Positions 1-10,204 are shown, numbered from the stretch's first letter. The stretch is DNA of 40,617 bases from Candidatus Brennerbacteria bacterium (GCA_016187205.1 JACPKE010000023.1:1-40617), one strand, 5' to 3'. A program made the numbers and translations. Notes: generated by a model not told the origin, from the sequence alone.

Positions 1-47
1 TCCGCACGTTAGGAGTGTGCCGTTCTATCCATTGAACTACAAGGGGC
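1..47 (-). tRNA. tRNA-Arg(CCU), 5' portion only, truncated by window edge
   Basis: Reverse complement reads GCCCCTTGTAGTTCAATGGATAGAACG GCACA CTCCTAA CGTGC GGA. It has a GTTC/GAAC D-stem, GG in the D-loop and a 7-nt anticodon loop CU-CCU-AA. One extra nt lies between acceptor and D-stem, there is one stem mismatch, and the 3' half is outside the window. Confidence 0.5.
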
Positions 48-83
48 TTATTTAAATAAAGATAATTTTATTTATATAATAAT

Positions 84-112
84 TTGCCAGCAAGGTAAAG
101 ATTTGATAAATT
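84..112 (+). promoter_or_regulatory. sigma70-like promoter (TTGCCA, 17-nt spacer, TAAATT) upstream of the tRNA cluster
   Basis: Hexamers read directly. The predicted start falls near 119-121, where the first tRNA-like sequence begins. Confidence 0.35.
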
Positions 113-170
113 CTTTAAATGCGCCTTTAGCTCAGTGGCAGAGCGCTTGTTGACCCCATTAGATTTATAC

Positions 171-245
171 GGGCGTTTAGCTCAGTGGTAGAGCGTCACA
201 TTGACATTGTGAAGGCCGCTGGTTCGATCCCAGCAACGCCCACCA
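171..245 (+). tRNA. tRNA-Val(GAC) with encoded CCA
   Basis: GGGCGTT TA GCTC AGTGGTA GAGC G TCACA TTGACAT TGTGA AGGCC GCTGG TTCGATC CCAGC AACGCCC ACCA. All four stems are fully paired, and the T-loop and GG in the D-loop are canonical. Confidence 0.92.
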
Positions 246-347
246 AAAAATCTAACGGGGCAGGCACGCAAGAGGCCGCAGGCCTGCCCCGTAGCCAACT
301 TGTTGTGCTATGGGGTTCAATCCCTGCAAGGCACACAAAAATAAAAA

Positions 348-376
348 TTAGCCTTGTTTACTAAAGGCTAATTTTA
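348..376. terminator. bidirectional rho-independent terminator
   Basis: TTAGCCTT / AAGGCTAA 8-bp stem with T-runs on both strands. It lies between the tRNA cluster (+) and ORF 409..933 (-). Confidence 0.6.
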
Positions 377-408
377 TAGATCTTTTAATTAATAGCAGCG
401 GCTCAAAC

Positions 409-933
409 TCACCAGCCGTCTTCAATATATTCAATCTGCTGTTTTAAAATAATTTCTTCAATACTGCCCGGTTTAGCGATCATCCAATATTTCCAATAGG
501 GCCTAATCCACCAGGAATGAAATTGAAGATTTACCCTGCCTTTGAAAAATATCTCTAGCAAATGATCATCTAGCACATGTCTTAAAAACGACCGTCTTGG
601 TTCTGGAAGATTTTCATCATAAGGATTATCCGAAATTCCGCGCGGAATATACATTGTTCCATCATCAAATATTCTCTCATAGGCAAGAGAAAAGCCTTTT
701 TGATAATCTTTTATCAGAGAAAAGCGAAACACTTCATTTAAATCAATAAATAAATATAATCCCGACTCATCCTTTTTAAAATCAAGTATTCTGCCCTCTA
801 AATTCTCATTAACCTTTACCGTGCCACCCGCCGAACCAACTAATCTGATATACAATGAATCAACGGGATAATTATCCAGGCATAATCTTAAATTTTCAAA
901 ATCCAACTCTTTCGGCATCCAATATTGTTCCAT
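409..933 (-). CDS. hypothetical protein, 174 aa, Trp/Tyr-rich C-terminus
   Basis: Long ORF followed by a terminator. I recognise no family motif. Confidence 0.6.
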   Translation of the reverse strand: MEQYWMPKELDFENLRLCLDNYPVDSLYIRLVGSAGGTVKVNENLEGRILDFKKDESGLYLFIDLNEVFRFSLIKDYQKGFSLAYERIFDDGTMYIPRGISDNPYDENLPEPRRSFLRHVLDDHLLEIFFKGRVNLQFHSWWIRPYWKYWMIAKPGSIEEIILKQQIEYIEDGW

Positions 934-1129
934 CCAAACACCTAATTTTAAATTTTGTTAAATAAATTATCTGATATTACTTTAACAATAAAAATTCCGC
1001 TTGCAAATAAAGCGTATTCTAGTCAATCCTAAGCCCTAACCAATATTCTCACATTCTCAAGAATGTAAGAATATAAACTTTACTAAAATACGCCAAAACA
1101 AAAATCCCGCTTGTTTAAAACGGGATTTA

Positions 1130-1909
1130 TTAATCATTAATCCAATCTTTTATTTTCTGCAATATTTCTTCCGGATCTTTTATTTTAGCTTTTAACGCTT
1201 TCCTGATTTTATAAACCCTGTCTTCGTATTTTTGCCACCAAAGCTCATGAAGATAGAAACCCAGAATAACCAACTGCAATACCAGCAAAATAGCGCCGAC
1301 AACTTTATAAAAATCGCGCTCCCAGGCGATTCCGGCAATATAAAAAATATCTCCGGCGGCAAAAGCAAAAGTATGTCCGCGGGCAGTGGCGCTGGTCACC
1401 AAATCATTCAATAAAAATTCTTTTAAAAAAACCAAATAGGGCTGGGTTTTCCTTTCCCGGCGCTTTTCTCGACTGTAAAGCCAAAAACCGCACATAATCC
1501 CGAGACTGCCGAAAAACGACAACAGAAAAATCCAATGCATTAAAATACCGAAATTCCCCGACAACGGAGTAAAATGCAAGCTTAAAAAAATCATCCAAAA
1601 CCCAAGAAAGTAATCGCGCGTATGGTCGGCGGCAGTTCCAAAAGCCGTAACGGAATTGTTGTTGCGGGCAGTCGGACCGTCAAAAAAATCAGTCAGCCAG
1701 GCAATGGTTAAAAACCAAATCTGCCTTGATAAAGATTTACGGTAATAAAAATCAATCATTGCCGCAACAAGAACAAGAAAACCCGCAACAGTCAAAAGAT
1801 TAGCCGCCTGTGGAATAATTCCCAAAGGCCTGGTCAAAGGCCAAAGCAGATGGTCGCGCGCCCATTTTTCAAGCGGCGTCCAATACCCTTCTTTTTCTTC
1901 ATCAGCCAT
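1130..1909 (-). CDS. CDP-alcohol phosphatidyltransferase family membrane protein
   Basis: Signature D-x2-DG-x2-AR-x8-G-x3-D-x3-D present as DFFDGPTARNNNSVTAFGTAADHTRD, plus multiple hydrophobic helices. Confidence 0.85.
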   Translation of the reverse strand: MADEEKEGYWTPLEKWARDHLLWPLTRPLGIIPQAANLLTVAGFLVLVAAMIDFYYRKSLSRQIWFLTIAWLTDFFDGPTARNNNSVTAFGTAADHTRDYFLGFWMIFLSLHFTPLSGNFGILMHWIFLLSFFGSLGIMCGFWLYSREKRRERKTQPYLVFLKEFLLNDLVTSATARGHTFAFAAGDIFYIAGIAWERDFYKVVGAILLVLQLVILGFYLHELWWQKYEDRVYKIRKALKAKIKDPEEILQKIKDWIND

Positions 1910-2072
1910 TTCATTCTCCCTGTCCCTCCATAGGTTTTTGCCCTTCCGAAATTTTAACGAAAGAAGAATAGCGTAGGAGGACTTATAAAATTATAAAATC
2001 CTAAGTTCAGACTAGCTAAAATTGACTTAAAAAGTCAAACGGGTAAAATTATAAAATATTAATTTTAAAGAA

Positions 2073-2143
2073 GGGCCTATAGTAAAACGGCATTACATCT
2101 CCATGGCATGGAGGAGGTCGGGGTTCAATTCCCCGTAGGTCCA
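2073..2143 (+). tRNA. tRNA-Ala(GGC), no encoded CCA
   Basis: GGGCCTA..TCTCC ATGGCAT GGAGG..CGGGG TTCAATT CCCCG TAGGTCC A. The G3:U70 wobble typical of tRNA-Ala is present, and a hairpin (AATCCAGCTTCAG/CTGAAACTGGATT) follows. Confidence 0.85.
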
Positions 2144-2259
2144 TAACTAAAATCCAGCTTCAGCGTTATTTTTTATACTGAAACTGGATTTATTAGCATA
2201 GCTTGCTATTCTAAAAACAGTCAAAGACTGATTAAAAATTAAAATAAAAGGAGCAGACA

Positions 2260-2868
2260 ATGGAAATAAAAGAAAAATGGCTTGATGGCTGGGTTTTGGA
2301 TATTACTGAAAATAAATCGTTGATGGCGACATATGCCGCCGAATGCCATGCGATGCAATTATTCGGCCGCAAACTATTTGATTTTGGAGTTATATCAAAA
2401 CAAGGCGGCAATTTCGCCATCCGCGACCGGAACAACCCGAATGTATTTATATCAACGGCGCACGGCGTAAATAAAAGCAAATTAAGAAAATCTGATTTTC
2501 TGATTGTCAGATTTATCAACTGGCGCGACAAAAAGGTTTTTGTTGATGCTTTTGACGAACATGCCATGCCTTCTACCGATACGCTGTTAATGGGCCAGAC
2601 TTTTATTACTGATCCGGAATTAAACACTTGGGTGCATTTTCATAAAACAGTCAAAACGCCGCATGAAATAAAAATGAACTATCCCGTTACTAATGAAGCA
2701 GAAATGGCGATTTTTACTTTTATGATAATTAATAAAGTCATGACGATAAATTTAATAGACCATGATAAAATAAGAAAAACGCGACCGGATAATCAACCCG
2801 ATTCAGCTATAATTCTCGGAAAAGATTATCTGGAAACTTTTCAACGAACAATCAAGTTGATAGTTTGA
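2260..2868 (+). CDS. class II aldolase/adducin-domain family protein
   Basis: GGNFAIRD, FISTAHG, MPSTD and WVHFH line up with the GNVSVR / ITPTG / PSSE / VHNH blocks of FucA-type aldolases (alignment from memory). SD AAAGGAG lies upstream. Confidence 0.6.
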   Translation: MEIKEKWLDGWVLDITENKSLMATYAAECHAMQLFGRKLFDFGVISKQGGNFAIRDRNNPNVFISTAHGVNKSKLRKSDFLIVRFINWRDKKVFVDAFDEHAMPSTDTLLMGQTFITDPELNTWVHFHKTVKTPHEIKMNYPVTNEAEMAIFTFMIINKVMTINLIDHDKIRKTRPDNQPDSAIILGKDYLETFQRTIKLIV

Positions 2869-2931
2869 AAAATTTAAAACTAATTTTTTATTCGCCCTCG
2901 CTTCGCCGAAGCTTGCAAAAGCGAAGGTGAG

Positions 2932-2960
2932 CCGCGCTAACTGTTCAGCGCGGATTTTAT
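2932..2960 (+). terminator. rho-independent terminator
   Basis: CCGCGCT / AGCGCGG stem followed by ATTTTATT. Confidence 0.55.
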
Positions 2961-2961
2961 T

Positions 2962-3048
2962 GGAGGGTTGGCAGAGCGGTCTAATGCGCTGGTTTCGAAA
3001 ACCAGTTGGAGCGAAAGTTCCTCGCAGGTTCAAATCCTGCACCCTCCG
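2962..3048 (+). tRNA. tRNA-Ser(CGA) with long variable arm, no encoded CCA
   Basis: GGAGGGT TG GCAG AGCGGTCTAA TGC G CTGGT TTCGAAA ACCAG [long variable arm] GCAGG TTCAAAT CCTGC ACCCTCC G. Confidence 0.9.
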
Positions 3049-3137
3049 CAGATATAAAATTTTGCAATTATACATTACTATCCTATACTCAAATAAGTTT
3101 TTTGTTAATAAAATTTATTTTTAAGAAAAGGAGAGAA

Positions 3138-3410
3138 ATGCTATATGCTGGATATTATACAACATTAGACAGTTGTTGGATTAAAATCAGCTATGATTTA
3201 GAAATACTTAAAAGAGAATGGTGTTTTGGTATGGTAATATTTGAAGCGCCAGGGTTAACCTACGATGAATTACAAAAACGATTTCCAAACAATCCAGACC
3301 GCTATGATATTTTTAATTGGTTAAAAGAAAATTACCAAGAAATTCATAGAGATGGAGTGCCTGAAGATGGGGTGAATAATAAATTTGATGCTTTTATTAT
3401 TAATTCCTGA
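3138..3410 (+). CDS. hypothetical protein, 90 aa (start moved to Met45 of ORF 3006..3410)
   Basis: SD AAAAGGAGAGAA lies just upstream of the ATG at 3138, and the longer ORF would overlap tRNA-Ser. A terminator follows at 3483-3508. Confidence 0.55.
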   Translation: MLYAGYYTTLDSCWIKISYDLEILKREWCFGMVIFEAPGLTYDELQKRFPNNPDRYDIFNWLKENYQEIHRDGVPEDGVNNKFDAFIINS

Positions 3411-3482
3411 AATAGAGAATGATTGGATTTGTAGCAACGCTTATCTTAAGTTTTCTTAAACGTGGTACTTATCTAAACCACG

Positions 3483-3508
3483 AAAAGCCACTAAATAGGT
3501 GGCTTTTT
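3483..3508 (+). terminator. rho-independent terminator
   Basis: AAAAGCCAC / GTGGCTTTT stem followed by a T-run. Confidence 0.6.
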
Positions 3509-3555
3509 ATTTAAAATAAAAAGGGAGCTTCTATCAGAAGCTCCGAGATAACTAA

Positions 3556-3720
3556 CTAATGCCACAAAAAATAGCCAGATAACATACCAGTAAATAGTGC
3601 AGGCGCATCGTAAACCAAAAATCTCCACCCGGTAGGATCAATACCGGTATAATGCTTAACAATGGTATTTGTAATACCATAGATTAGAGCACAAACAAGC
3701 ATCAACCATAACTTTTTCAT
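3556..3720 (-). CDS. small hydrophobic protein, 54 aa (below ORF-track cutoff)
   Basis: Hand translation gives MKKLWLMLVCALIYGITNTIVKHYTGIDPTGWRFLVYDAPALFTGMLSGYFLWH. SD GGAGGAG lies 6 nt upstream and a hairpin GGAGCTTCT/AGAAGCTCC lies downstream. Confidence 0.5.
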   Translation of the reverse strand: MKKLWLMLVCALIYGITNTIVKHYTGIDPTGWRFLVYDAPALFTGMLSGYFLWH

Positions 3721-3895
3721 CTAACTCCTCCATTTTTAAGTTTGAAAACAGGTTTTTAAGTAAAATCAATACTAAATAAAGTATATAACACTAATATACT
3801 ATTGTCAATACCATACCATTTATATTTATATCTCGCGCATAAAAATTAGAAGGGATTTTATTGCAAAAATATTTATGATAAAATAAAAATAAACT

Positions 3896-4951
3896 ATGAA
3901 ATCCGAAAAATCGCCAATAATTCAAATAATCAAAAAAGTGATGCCGTCGGTGGTTTCAATTATTATCTCCAAAAGTTTGGAGGAATTGGAAAAGGAACTG
4001 CCGGCAACGTTATCGCCGCTTCTTCCTTTTGGAACGCCGATGCCCAAAATTCCCGAAGAAGAAATTGACGCTCATGGAATGGTTAAAATCGGCGGCGGTT
4101 CCGGTTCAATAGTTGATGAAGGCGGGATTATTCTGACCAACAAACACGTCGTGATTGACCCAAAAGCCGAATACACCGTTGTCACTCAAGATAACCAAAA
4201 ACATCCGGCAGAAATTTTAGCTCGCGACCCTGTAAACGATGTGGCCATCTTAAAAATAAAAGATGTCAAAGTTAAATTACCGGAAATAAAATTAGGGGAT
4301 TCGGATCATCTTGAGCTTGGCCAGACAGTAATCGCAATCGGCAACGCGCTGGGCATTTTCCGAAATACCGTATCACTCGGCATTGTTTCCGGACTGTCAC
4401 GTTCTTTAGCGGCCGCAGTTGATTTAAAGGCTACTGTCCAGGAAATGAGAGGACTTATTCAAACCGACGCGGCTATCAATCCGGGCAATTCCGGCGGGCC
4501 CCTGGTGGACAGCAACGGCTATGTTATCGGAATCAATACTGCGATTATTTTCGGCGCCCAAAATATCGGCTTTGCTATTCCGGTTAACGCCGCTAAAAGA
4601 GATCTGGCCGATCTTAAAAAATACGGCCGCATCCGCCGGCCACTTTTAGGACTCCGCTATATTATTCTTGACGAAGATTCAAAAGAAAAAAACAAACTGC
4701 CCGTCGGGTATGGCGCTTTAATCGCCGCTGAAATGCATCATCACGACGGCGTAGTGCCGGACAGCCCGGCTGATAAAGCGGGTATTAAAGAAAAAGACAT
4801 TATTCTGGAATGTAACGGCGAAAAAATAACAAAAGAAAAAACCATTCAGGATTTTCTGGAAAATATGACTGTAGGAGAAATAATGAATTTAAAAGTTCTG
4901 CGCAAGAAAAAAGAATTCGCCGTTAAAGTAACTCTAGCGGAAAGAAAGTAA
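3896..4951 (+). CDS. HtrA/DegP-family serine protease with C-terminal PDZ, no N-terminal hydrophobic segment
   Basis: Triad contexts TNKHVV, NDVAILK and GNSGGPL. The C-terminal region is PDZ-like. Confidence 0.9.
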   Translation: MKSEKSPIIQIIKKVMPSVVSIIISKSLEELEKELPATLSPLLPFGTPMPKIPEEEIDAHGMVKIGGGSGSIVDEGGIILTNKHVVIDPKAEYTVVTQDNQKHPAEILARDPVNDVAILKIKDVKVKLPEIKLGDSDHLELGQTVIAIGNALGIFRNTVSLGIVSGLSRSLAAAVDLKATVQEMRGLIQTDAAINPGNSGGPLVDSNGYVIGINTAIIFGAQNIGFAIPVNAAKRDLADLKKYGRIRRPLLGLRYIILDEDSKEKNKLPVGYGALIAAEMHHHDGVVPDSPADKAGIKEKDIILECNGEKITKEKTIQDFLENMTVGEIMNLKVLRKKKEFAVKVTLAERK

Positions 4952-5029
4952 ACTTCGCGAATATACGAATATAGCGCTGATATACGAATTCGCATATTCG
5001 TGCTTGATTCGCATATTAGTGCAGTTTAT
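4952..5029 (-). repeat. ORF-less (solo) copy of the TIR-bounded GxxExxY cassette seen at 20799-21266
   Basis: The left ~40 nt and right ~38 nt match the two flanks of the cassette at 20.8-21.3 kb. Only the first ~8 codons (MRIKHEYAN) of the cassette ORF remain. Confidence 0.75.
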
Positions 5030-5791
5030 TCAAATTCTCCAGCTTGAAGTCCCTAAAATCAAAACCAATAAAATAATAAAAACTGTTCCGCGGCTTAAAA
5101 ATAAAGTTCTTGTCAGCTTGCCCTGAAAATAATAATCCAGGAAATCGCGCATTAAAAAAACCAAAAGCGTTAAAAGGGCCGCGCTGTTAAAAAAGCTTAA
5201 AGGCAGAAGCGCAATTGCCCATAAAAATTCCACTGCGGCCAGACCAAGAACCAAAGCCACTGTTTTTTCCCGCTTTGGAAATATTCCCGCTAAAACGGTA
5301 ATCGCTTCGGAAAAAAGCATAAAAATCGCGGCTGACTCCAAAAAATATTTCATTAAAAAATAAGCGGACTTATCGGAAGCAAAAAATAAAACAGCGGTAA
5401 TGAAAAACAGCGCCGTATTTAAATTCCTGTAAACCCTGCCGCGGTCTTGAAAAATCAAATCTCCCAACCCGAAAAGCCAATAAGCCAAAACAACCAAAAA
5501 TAGCCAAACAACGCCAAAAACTAATGGCGTTAAAACGTATTCGGATTGGCTGATAAGATAAGAGCTCAACCAAAAAATAATGGTTGATTTTAAAAATAAT
5601 TTTTTTTCCGGCTGGCGGCTGTAAACAAAAATAAACGCGGCAAAAAAAACAACCGCAGCTGTTAAAGGAGAAAAACTGAAAAAATAGACCAGCCAGAAAG
5701 AAACGGCGAAAATTAAAACCTTAGACGCCGATTTCAACAGTCTGCTGGCCCGCCATTTTTCCGGAAATTGAAATTTTAACTTTCTGACCAT
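5030..5791 (-). CDS. polytopic membrane protein, unknown function (start uncertain)
   Basis: 253-aa ORF with several hydrophobic helices. The annotated ATG overlaps the clpB 3' end by 71 nt; an internal TTG near 5742 is an alternative start. Confidence 0.6.
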   Translation of the reverse strand: MVRKLKFQFPEKWRASRLLKSASKVLIFAVSFWLVYFFSFSPLTAAVVFFAAFIFVYSRQPEKKLFLKSTIIFWLSSYLISQSEYVLTPLVFGVVWLFLVVLAYWLFGLGDLIFQDRGRVYRNLNTALFFITAVLFFASDKSAYFLMKYFLESAAIFMLFSEAITVLAGIFPKREKTVALVLGLAAVEFLWAIALLPLSFFNSAALLTLLVFLMRDFLDYYFQGKLTRTLFLSRGTVFIILLVLILGTSSWRI

Positions 5792-8363
5792 CTTTAATCT
5801 GCCCTTTAATTATTTTATCGGCTAAATTATCCAGAATGACTTTTTGAATAAGCCGTTTAATCGGTCTGGCGCCATACTCCACGCTAAAACCGTTAACGGC
5901 GATGTATTTTTTTACTTCCGGATTTATTTTGACCTTAATCTGGCGCAAAGCAAGTTTTTTTTCAATTTCGGCAAACTGAATATCAGCTATCTCTTCAACG
6001 TCAACCGGCCGCAAAGAATTAAAAATAAGGGTTTCATCCAAACGGTTTAAAAATTCCGGCTTGAAGGTTTGGCGCAAAGATTCCATAATTTTCGCGCGAA
6101 AATTATCTTCCTTGCCCTTCAGCCCGTCATCCGATTCCGATGAAAAACCCAGATTGGACATCTCGCGAAAATAACCGCTACCGACATTTGAAGTCATAAT
6201 AATAATCGTATTTTTAAAATTAACTGTCTTGCCCTTGCTGTCGGTCAAACGGCCGTTATCCAAAATCTGAAGCAAAAGATTAAAAACTTCCGGATGCGCC
6301 TTTTCTATTTCATCAAACAAAATCAAGCTGTACGGCCGGTGGCGAACCGCGTCAGTCAAACGGCCGCCTTCCTCATAACCGACATAACCAGGCGGAGCTC
6401 CGATTAGACGGGCGGTTGAATGACGTTCCATATATTCCGACATATCAATGCGAAGCAAAGATTTTTCGTCATTAAACATAAATTCCGAGAGCGCCCGCGC
6501 CAATTCAGTCTTGCCGACGCCGGTAGACCCTAAAAACATAAAAGAAGCAATTGGTCTTGATTCATCGCCAAGTCCGGCGCGGCTCCGGCGCAAAGCCCTG
6601 GCTACAGCTTCAATAGCTTCCTTTTGACCAACAACTCTTTTAGATAAAGTTTCTTCAATGCGATTCAGCTTATTAATTTCCGATTCCAACATTCTGGTTA
6701 CCGGAATACCTGTCCAGCGCGAAACCACTTCGGCAATATCTTCCTCGTCAACATATTCCTTGATAAATTTGTCGTGCCGGTTATTCTTGGAAAAATATTT
6801 TTTTTCAAAAGATTCAAATTCCTTTTCGGCGGCCGGCAGTTCACCGTAAAGAATCTGCGCCACTTTTTCAAGATTGCCGTCTCTTTCGGCAACTTCCGCG
6901 ATCCGACGCAAATCTTCGGTCCGGCGCCGCAAAGTATTAAGATTTTCAAAAGCGATCTTTTCCGCATGCCAGCGCGCTGACAAAAGATCGTTCGCGCTTT
7001 TAAATCCAACAAGTTCTTTTTCTATTTCTTTAAGACGGGATTTGGCAACTTTGCTGTTTTCTTTTGACAAGGCTGATTTTTCTATTTCAAGACGGGTAAT
7101 TTCGCGGCGTTTGACATCAAGTTCTTTTGGAAGGCTGTCGCTGTCAAGCCTGCGGCTGGCCGCGGCTTCATCAATAAGGTCAACTGCTTTATCGGGCAAA
7201 AAACGGTCACTGATATACCTGGCGGAAAGATTAACCGCCGCCACAATCGCCTCGTCGCTTACCTTTACGCCATGATGGGTTTCATATTTTTCCTTAAGGC
7301 CGCGCAAAATAGCGATGCTGTCTTCTATAGCCGGCTCATCAACATTAATCGGCTGCAACCGGCGTTCAAGCGCCGGGTCTTTTTCAATATGGCGCTGATA
7401 TTCTTTAATCGTAGTGGCGCCGATGGCATGTAATTCTCCCCTGGCAAGAGACGGCTTTAAAAGATTGGATGCGTCAACAGCGCCTTCGGCTGCGCCAGCC
7501 CCGACAATCATATGAATTTCATCTATAAAAAGTATCATCCTGCCGCTGGCGTTTTTAATTTCTTTCAGAAACGCTTTTAAGCGGTCTTCAAATTCGCCGC
7601 GGAATTTTGTTCCGGCAATCAAAGAACCAAGGTCAAGCATAATAATTTCCTTATTTTTAAGAGGTTCCGGCACTTCCCCGCTGATAATCCTTTGCGCCAG
7701 GCCTTCAACAATGGCTGTCTTGCCAACGCCCGGCTCGCCCACCAAAACCGGATTATTTTTGGTTCTGCGGCTCAAAACCTGAATAACCCTCCGCAATTCT
7801 TCCTCGCGGCCGATAACCGGATCAAGTTTTCCTTCCCGCGCCTGTTCGGTCAAATTAATCGCGTACTTGTCCAAAACCTGAAACTTAGATTCCGGCATTT
7901 CATCGGTAATTCTTGCGGAGCCGCGTAACTGGGATAAAATCCGCATCACAATTTCCCGACGCACCCCGAAATTATTCAAAATAGTCTGGGCCGAAGAAGG
8001 CACATCAAATAAAGCCATCAACAAATGCTCGCAAGAAACAAACTCATCTTTTTGCTGAAGAGCCACTTTAGCGGCCTGGTCCAAAATTTTCATCAGTTCC
8101 TGCGACAAATAAAGCTGCCCGACCGTTGAGGTGGAAAATAATTTCGGAAGGCGGGCAAGTTCCTGTTCCAGTTCCTGTTCCAAAGCCGACAAATTTACAT
8201 TAGCGCGCACCAAAAGAGGCCTTACAAGGGTCTGGTCCTCGCCTATTAAAGCGCGCAAAAGATGCAAAGCTTTTAATTCGCCATGAGATTCTTTGGCGGC
8301 TAAATCCTGCGCGTTCTGCAGAGCTTCCTGAGCTTTAATTGTAAAACGATGAAAGTTAGGCAT
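5721..8363 (-). CDS. clpB: ATP-dependent chaperone ClpB
   Basis: Two AAA+ modules (GEPGVGKT and GSTGVGKT Walker A), a Clp N domain, a long coiled-coil middle domain; 880 aa. Confidence 0.97.
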   Translation of the reverse strand: MPNFHRFTIKAQEALQNAQDLAAKESHGELKALHLLRALIGEDQTLVRPLLVRANVNLSALEQELEQELARLPKLFSTSTVGQLYLSQELMKILDQAAKVALQQKDEFVSCEHLLMALFDVPSSAQTILNNFGVRREIVMRILSQLRGSARITDEMPESKFQVLDKYAINLTEQAREGKLDPVIGREEELRRVIQVLSRRTKNNPVLVGEPGVGKTAIVEGLAQRIISGEVPEPLKNKEIIMLDLGSLIAGTKFRGEFEDRLKAFLKEIKNASGRMILFIDEIHMIVGAGAAEGAVDASNLLKPSLARGELHAIGATTIKEYQRHIEKDPALERRLQPINVDEPAIEDSIAILRGLKEKYETHHGVKVSDEAIVAAVNLSARYISDRFLPDKAVDLIDEAAASRRLDSDSLPKELDVKRREITRLEIEKSALSKENSKVAKSRLKEIEKELVGFKSANDLLSARWHAEKIAFENLNTLRRRTEDLRRIAEVAERDGNLEKVAQILYGELPAAEKEFESFEKKYFSKNNRHDKFIKEYVDEEDIAEVVSRWTGIPVTRMLESEINKLNRIEETLSKRVVGQKEAIEAVARALRRSRAGLGDESRPIASFMFLGSTGVGKTELARALSEFMFNDEKSLLRIDMSEYMERHSTARLIGAPPGYVGYEEGGRLTDAVRHRPYSLILFDEIEKAHPEVFNLLLQILDNGRLTDSKGKTVNFKNTIIIMTSNVGSGYFREMSNLGFSSESDDGLKGKEDNFRAKIMESLRQTFKPEFLNRLDETLIFNSLRPVDVEEIADIQFAEIEKKLALRQIKVKINPEVKKYIAVNGFSVEYGARPIKRLIQKVILDNLADKIIKGQIKDGQKVKISISGKMAGQQTVEIGV

Positions 8364-8409
8364 TTTAATTATTTTACTATTTTTTAAGATAAAGTAAAGC
8401 GGCGGCTAA

Positions 8410-10167
8410 TCACCTAAAACCGATTTGCAATTCATACAGCTTTTTATAAACGCCTCCTTCTATTTTCATCAATTCTTCGTGCCTGCCTTTTTCAACGATT
8501 CTGCCCTTATCCAGCACCAAAATCAAATCCGCTTTCCTGACGGTGCTGAAGCGGTGGGCAATTATAAAAGTCGTTCGATTTTTCATTAATTTTTCCAAAG
8601 ATTCGCCGATGAATTCTTCGGATTTCGCGTCCAAGGCCGAAGTCGGTTCGTCTAAAATCAAAATTCTCGGATTTCGCAGAATCGCCCTGGCAATGGCGAT
8701 TCTTTGTTTCTGTCCGGTTGACAGCTTAATCCCCCGCTCGCCGACCAATTGATTATATTTTTTAGGAAAATTTTCAATAAATTCATCGGCATGAGCCAAA
8801 CGCGCCGCTTCCATTACGTCCGCATCGTTTGCGTCAAACTTGCCGTATTTAATGTTATTTTTAACAGTATCGTTAAAAAGCATAATTTCCTGTGGCACAA
8901 TGCTGATAAAGGCCCGCAAAACCCTAAGGTCTAAATTTTTAATATTATGGCCGTCTATTAAAATCCGGCCATGATTCGGCTGAAAATAAAAAGAAATTAA
9001 ATCAATCAAGGTTGTTTTTCCAACCCCTGACTCACCGACTAAAGCAACGGTTTGTCCGGAATTAACCGCAAAAGAAACATCGTCTAAAACTTTATTCTGA
9101 TTTTTAGAGTAGCCGAAACTGACGTTTTGAAATTCAATCTTACCATTAAGCTCCGCCAAAATGACCGCGTTCTTTGGCACATAAATTTCTTCCGGTTTTT
9201 GTAAAATTTCTTCCGCTCTTTCAATTGCCACTAAACCGTTTTGAATAAGACTCCAATTTCTGCCAAGAGTTATAAAAGGAGCGAAAAACATAGCAGCGTA
9301 CCCCTGAAACGCCAGCAACTCGCCGATAGTCAATTCGTTTTTCCATATTAAAAATATGGAAAAAATTAGCAGGGCGAAATTAGTAAAAGTAATCAACAAT
9401 CTCTGGGTTAAATTTAAACTGGATTGCAACGCTACAAAATTTATAAAAAACCGCGCCGCTTTCAAACGAAAATTTTTAAAAAATTTTCTTTTTTCATACT
9501 TTTCCGTAGTGGCTTGTTTAATCGCTTGAACATTCAAAACACTGTCATAAGCGTCGCCATACGCCACCGACCAGCTCCGATGCATTTTTTTTAATAAATC
9601 AGCTATTCTTGGCGCGATTTTTATTAAGACCAAAATATAAATAAAAACCGAAAAAATCAGCATAACGGCTAAAACCGGCTTAATGCTGAAAGTTATAAAA
9701 ATAGCGATAATAATACTTAAAAAATCGGGAAATGAATCAATCAATATACGATTTACAATACTGCTAAGCCAGTCCGAGGCGCGGTCAATTCGTTTTGTAA
9801 TTTCGCCTATTTTATGTTTTTTATGAAAAGACAGCGGAAAAAGAAGAAGTTTTGAAAACCCGTCAATAAGATAATTGCTTTCCAAAGTAACAGCTAAAGT
9901 TTCCCGCCTTACATCTTTAAATTTATCGGCAATATCATGGATACCTCGGCTTAAAATCCACAAACCAAGAAATAAAATAATTGCGCTGCTTACCCTTCCT
10001 AAGATAGCGTCAAAAAGTCGTCCGCCGATATAAGGAACCGCGGCATTGGCGCCTGCCGATACCAAGCTTATGCCTAAAATAATAAATAATTGGCGCCGGT
10101 GCGGTTTTAAATAACGAAAAACAATATTTAATCTTTTCAGATAATTTTCTTTTTTAGCATTAAACAT
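8410..10167 (-). CDS. ABC exporter, fused permease/ATPase (MsbA-like type I exporter)
   Basis: N-terminal 6-TM region, Walker A GESGVGKTT, signature LSTGQKQR, Walker B ILILDEPTSALD. Confidence 0.93.
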   Translation of the reverse strand: MFNAKKENYLKRLNIVFRYLKPHRRQLFIILGISLVSAGANAAVPYIGGRLFDAILGRVSSAIILFLGLWILSRGIHDIADKFKDVRRETLAVTLESNYLIDGFSKLLLFPLSFHKKHKIGEITKRIDRASDWLSSIVNRILIDSFPDFLSIIIAIFITFSIKPVLAVMLIFSVFIYILVLIKIAPRIADLLKKMHRSWSVAYGDAYDSVLNVQAIKQATTEKYEKRKFFKNFRLKAARFFINFVALQSSLNLTQRLLITFTNFALLIFSIFLIWKNELTIGELLAFQGYAAMFFAPFITLGRNWSLIQNGLVAIERAEEILQKPEEIYVPKNAVILAELNGKIEFQNVSFGYSKNQNKVLDDVSFAVNSGQTVALVGESGVGKTTLIDLISFYFQPNHGRILIDGHNIKNLDLRVLRAFISIVPQEIMLFNDTVKNNIKYGKFDANDADVMEAARLAHADEFIENFPKKYNQLVGERGIKLSTGQKQRIAIARAILRNPRILILDEPTSALDAKSEEFIGESLEKLMKNRTTFIIAHRFSTVRKADLILVLDKGRIVEKGRHEELMKIEGGVYKKLYELQIGFR

Positions 10168-10204
10168 TTTTGTATTTTAGCATAAATCGCGATATAATAT
10201 TTAA

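Noticed and set aside
1232-1598. ORFs 1232..1414 (+) and 1404..1598 (-)
   Set aside because: They are embedded in the CDP-alcohol phosphatidyltransferase gene, whose signature motif defines the real frame.
2803-3137. ORFs 2803..3075 (-), 2927..3124 (+) and the first 44 codons of 3006..3410 (+)
   Set aside because: They overlap tRNA-Ser and its upstream terminator and repeat DNA, so they are not coding.
6658-7928. Five ORFs of 63-133 aa (6658..6849, 6698..7012, 6774..6980, 6874..7275, 7692..7928) inside clpB
   Set aside because: All are embedded in, mostly antisense to, a full-length and strongly conserved ClpB reading frame. Their sequences are low-complexity (Ser/Arg/Phe-rich), so they are shadow ORFs.
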